Part shown: piece after piece, positions 59,708 through 64,000 of the stretch | How the letters are laid out: every line of letters begins with the position of its first letter | Numbering within the stretch: position 1 is the first letter of the stretch | Source of the DNA: Novakomyces olei | Lineage: Eukaryota | Assembly: GCA_016906335.1 (NCBI GenBank) | Contig: JADEYG010000001.1 | Location: 1,240,001 to 1,304,000, forward strand | DNA length: 64,000 nt | Direction of reading: 5' to 3' | The notes under the pieces: generated by a model | The model's input: only the letters and a program-made list of their open reading frames with translations | Databases searched by the model: none | Told to the model about the DNA's origin: nothing | Made by a program: the position numbers and the translations under genes

Positions 59708-62500
59708 CTATGGCGCAATCACCCGTACCTTTAGCAATTCCTCTTCAAATTGCTCTCCCAATCCCGACGAAGGGTAAACGAGGATCGGAATTTTTACAGT
59801 AAAAGTAGCACAGTCCAAAGGCAGAGTCGAATCGACAACGGGTACTTGTTGAGAGGCAGCCGGCAGAGGAGTATGCGGTCCATTCCCCGTATCCTGATAC
59901 AGCAAGTCGGCTGTTTTAGCGGCCCTTTGGTGGCCTTCATCTTGTTGCTGTTGCTGATAGATTGAAGCGTGACCAAAAGACGAGTTTTGCTCCATACTTT
60001 CCCGTCCAAGCTCCTCCGTCGTCCCCAACAGCAGAGCTGCTTCGTGCTCGTCAGCATTAAATTTACCTTCATGCTCTGCCAGTTTCTTGTGTGGAACAGC
60101 GCTTGAATTTGTAAAGTTGTCGCTAGTAACAAACTCAAACCTCAGCTGCCAGTGCATTTCGGTCCGCGAAGTACGAAACCCTGGAATACCGGCAACGGGG
60201 ATGATAAAATCAAAGCCCAGTTCATCCACATCCTTCGTACAGTGCTGAAATTGGGCAAAAGACCGTCTACTCGCTCGCTCAATACTGACGGGGGCTCTAA
60301 CAGCAATTGCCGGGTCTAATTCTTCCACTGTTTCTAGACTGCAGTAGACGTAAGCTGATAAAAGATCTTTTTCACGGAAATTCAGTATTCCATGCAGCAT
60401 TTCGCCCAGTCGATAAGCCCTCTTAGACACGAGGACGGTGCAGACAGACTTGCCATTATACGCAATCTCATAGCGAGTCAACGGTGCTGCAATAGCGCTT
60501 TCGCGTCCACGCCCACGCCCTTCTCTACCAAGACTTGCTGATGGTTTTGTTTCGTCTTTACCCGACGGAGCCGTTGCGAGTCGCTCCATTGCCAAATTAA
60601 TTGCAGTTGAGCAATCTACATTATCTATTTCTCTACTAGACCCATCCGGCGAGGGCATTCGTCGGCTGCTCGATTTTGAAGACATTCTGCGAGCCTTTGG
60701 CCGTTCGTCCAGTGCCGAGGTTTGCCCTGATTGCTGTGAATTTGATCCAAGTTTTGGCTCAACTTTCTCCTGTTCGGATTCAGTTTGAATATCATCCGCA
60801 CGATGAGGGAAGAGGTCTTTGCTTGAGCCTTTCTCCCTTTCACTTTGACCCGTTTTTGCATTATGCAATCTTGCCTTCTCATTTAACCCAGTACCCTTGT
60901 CCACTGCCGCGTCTTCTGTTGCCGAGTATGCCTCCGTCGTTTCATCATCACAGCTCTGTAGCAGCGTTTCCACATACCTATTAAAAGTCCCCTCGTCGTG
61001 TATCGGGGCACGAGTATCGTCTCGCACGGTCGGCCCGGCAAACGGATTTACCTCCTTTATATCCGCAATCTGATGCAGTTGAATAATAGGCTCATACAAA
61101 TCGTAAACCGGCTGCCGGCCATGCGTGTCCACGTTTGCAAATATACAAAACGGCACTGACACTGTGCGAAGAAGCTCAGCGTCGGTGTTGTCCAGCGATT
61201 TAAACTGTACCCCTATCTGCAAGGAATAACTAAACTTAATCAGCCGGCCATGGTACGTCGGAGGCAGGTTTTTGGGTAAAGGCATAGAGTACTGAAACGT
61301 TCGAGCCTCACCAGGTTTCAGATTTAAGTCAACAAAGAGTACAGAAGGACTAGTAGTGAAAACGGGAACTTCCTTTGACGATTTTGTACTGCGATATTCT
61401 TGCAGGGAACTTAATGAAGTGCCACCAAACAAAGAGGAGCCTAGATCCCCAAAGGCTGCCCATAATCCCGATTCCTTTTTGCCTATACCAACAACGCCTC
61501 CGCCCATTCTGCCGCCCACAAATGCTTTCTTTTTAATATTTACAAACGAGGAAGTATCGACCAGGCCTTCGTCGACCATAAAAGTGCCCTTGATCTGAGC
61601 ATGCGACATCAGAATAGTCATGTAGTCTTGCTCCTCCTCAGTATCATTAGCTTGACTGTCTGATTTGGCTTCAAGCATTGCCTCTTCGAGGCCATTGTAC
61701 TGATGCACTGAGCCCGCTCCTCCAATCGAAGCCTGGCGCCTCTGCTTCCGAGGACTCAAGGGAGCAAGATCAATTCCAAATGAGACTGAACTTGAAGGCC
61801 GTCTTGTATGATGATCATCGCGTGATGTAGGCGCATTCGGAGTCGATGGAAGAGAAGCAGTTTGAGGCTTCGATGGCGAAGAGGGAGGAGGCGTAACTGG
61901 CCTTTCGTCACTTGTGCCACTTGCTATCCGTGTAGGAAAACGGAACTCTGACAGCTGTTTGTGTAATTGCGGGCTTTTTAGTCGTCCCTTGGCCGTCTGA
62001 CTGTTGCTGGCCGCCCGTGCTTTACTCGTAGTCTCACGGTATATTCGGCCAGGGCTGTACTTGATACTTTGTTCCGCCTCTTCACCACCTTCTGCGCCCA
62101 TAATCATGCTCTGTACAGAAAAATGCCGTGAATGAGCCGTTCCAGCCGAACTATGTCGCTCGTGTAAGAGCGCATAATTATCTGAAGGCGTGGCTGAAAC
62201 AAGAGACGGGCTGGTTACCGTCACTGGACCTCCAGACATCCATTGTTGTTGCCGCTCAAAGGTTACAGTGCACTCAAACATTTCGCCAGCAAAAATTGTA
62301 CGTTCAGCAAAGCCTACAGTAATCACGAGCGACTCGAATATGGATTCAGCCAGGTCTGGATCAAACCTGGCTCCGTTCGAATACTGCTTCGTGGGTTTTC
62401 CATCCTGCACCTCATCGTCATCGTCAATAGCGTATGCGCCCGACGTACCCGAATTTCCGTGAATTGAGGGATGGCGCGAGGCGTACGATGCTGACCGCAT
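59708..62500 (-). CDS. RGP1: Rgp1 (Ric1-Rgp1 Ypt6/Rab6 GEF subunit)
   Basis: TIFAGEMFECTVTF; PVFTTSPSVLFVDLNLKPGEARTF...LPPTYHG; YRLGE; WQLRFEFVTS. Confidence 0.88.
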   Translation of the reverse strand: MRSASYASRHPSIHGNSGTSGAYAIDDDDEVQDGKPTKQYSNGARFDPDLAESIFESLVITVGFAERTIFAGEMFECTVTFERQQQWMSGGPVTVTSPSLVSATPSDNYALLHERHSSAGTAHSRHFSVQSMIMGAEGGEEAEQSIKYSPGRIYRETTSKARAASNSQTAKGRLKSPQLHKQLSEFRFPTRIASGTSDERPVTPPPSSPSKPQTASLPSTPNAPTSRDDHHTRRPSSSVSFGIDLAPLSPRKQRRQASIGGAGSVHQYNGLEEAMLEAKSDSQANDTEEEQDYMTILMSHAQIKGTFMVDEGLVDTSSFVNIKKKAFVGGRMGGGVVGIGKKESGLWAAFGDLGSSLFGGTSLSSLQEYRSTKSSKEVPVFTTSPSVLFVDLNLKPGEARTFQYSMPLPKNLPPTYHGRLIKFSYSLQIGVQFKSLDNTDAELLRTVSVPFCIFANVDTHGRQPVYDLYEPIIQLHQIADIKEVNPFAGPTVRDDTRAPIHDEGTFNRYVETLLQSCDDETTEAYSATEDAAVDKGTGLNEKARLHNAKTGQSEREKGSSKDLFPHRADDIQTESEQEKVEPKLGSNSQQSGQTSALDERPKARRMSSKSSSRRMPSPDGSSREIDNVDCSTAINLAMERLATAPSGKDETKPSASLGREGRGRGRESAIAAPLTRYEIAYNGKSVCTVLVSKRAYRLGEMLHGILNFREKDLLSAYVYCSLETVEELDPAIAVRAPVSIERASRRSFAQFQHCTKDVDELGFDFIIPVAGIPGFRTSRTEMHWQLRFEFVTSDNFTNSSAVPHKKLAEHEGKFNADEHEAALLLGTTEELGRESMEQNSSFGHASIYQQQQQDEGHQRAAKTADLLYQDTGNGPHTPLPAASQQVPVVDSTLPLDCATFTVKIPILVYPSSGLGEQFEEELLKVRVIAP

Positions 62501-63156
62501 ATTGGACCGTACTAGAGGCCGTAGATGACAGGTACAATAGGTGCACTAGTCACAAATTATGCCGATATATATATTTATTATCCTTTTTTTTGTGTAAGCT
62601 AAATCAACGTTAACTCTTTGCAATTGGCTTTGCGTGGCAAAGACTTTTCGCGTGTAAGCGTCGAATCGATAGGAAGAATAAGGGCCCAAACACAGGGCTT
62701 TTAATAGGCAAATCTTGTTCAAATAAAATCGCCTAAAAATAAAAGGCGAAAAGGATCAGTTGAGATAGCAGAGCTGTATAAAATGAAAGCGCCTGGATCG
62801 TTGCGTGTCGAGACTGCGCAGAGGCACGCCAGTTTAAGCGAGAAAGATGTCACAGCCAAACACGAGTTTGTTGGCCAACCACAATCCAAAAGTGCCGCTC
62901 TCTCAAATCACATGGCGCAGTAACACTGCATTCAGTCACAGACGCATATGAGGAACATGGCCACGCACTCTGCCGCACTCTATATGCACCTTTGGATATT
63001 TAGCACCGCGTTCGACTCAGACTACGGAGATTCTTGACAATACCATAATATTCACCGTAATAAGATTGCCGTTACAACTCGTGATTTAAATTCGTTTACA
63101 ATTTAGTAGCTTTTACATTGGTCGTTTATATGCGAACCGGCTCATATATTATCGCA

Positions 63157-63776
<620 letters not shown>

Positions 63777-63860
63777 AATATGGACGCCTGATTATACCGC
63801 GTGCATGAGCGTCATTAGAGTCCATTAGGTCGAATTATAGGCTCAAGGAATCGCAAACAA

Positions 63861-64000
63861 ATGCCCGCCGGTGATATACGCAACTTTTTTGGCGGCTCAC
63901 CCGCTGCGGCCAAGAAAGCGCCTCCGTCATCGTCCAAAAAGTCAAAGGTAAATTTTCTTTTTACTCTCCCTAATCAACCGCGTAGGACGAGCGCAAGCGT
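63861..64000 (+). CDS. RFC1: Probable replication factor C subunit 1, 5' end only (intron about 63948-63984)
   Basis: MPAGDIRNFFGG start matches the DIRxFF N-terminus of fungal and animal Rfc1. Confidence 0.65.
   Translation, partial: MPAGDIRNFFGGSPAAAKKAPPSSSKKSKVNFLFTLPNQPRRTSAS

Noticed and set aside
62933-62940. HomolD-like CAGTCACA
   Set aside because: A single 8-mer is expected by chance in 64 kb, and it is not at a ribosomal protein gene.

Overview
Gene-dense eukaryotic (ascomycete fungal) nuclear DNA, not prokaryotic. It has about 30 mostly housekeeping genes, short intergenic spacers and many very short GT-AG introns (37-45 nt, CTAAC/CTAAT/CTGAC branch points). The gene set and style suggest Taphrinomycotina (inference). 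Recognisable genes in order: RING-H2 ligase (partial), HMG-box protein, APM1, SLX1, bL19m, VPS37, glucosidase II alpha, PQ-loop protein, a BORCS5-like orphan, HID1, Lid2/KDM5, Cwf16, Sen15, GluRS, Shp1, bL27m, Swa2, Crb2/Rad9, Spo11, Mim1, IDH1, an SDR, Aim18/46-like, a C2H2 transcription factor, ARL2, Tpt1, homocitrate synthase, eIF1A, Rgp1 and RFC1 (partial). Most of the unexplained signal is non-coding: (1) an exact 16-bp telomere-like element TAGGGTTAGTTAGGGT found five times, each in a promoter, plus variants in most other promoters; (2) a degenerate dispersed repeat that carries this element; (3) a candidate structured ncRNA between crb2 and spo11; (4) a mitochondrial-type tRNA-Ala remnant (probable NUMT); (5) two tandem arrays whose unit contains the adjacent gene's stop codon; (6) long AT microsatellites just upstream of three start codons. 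All calls were made by eye and no database search was run. No CRISPR array, rRNA or intact transposon was seen.
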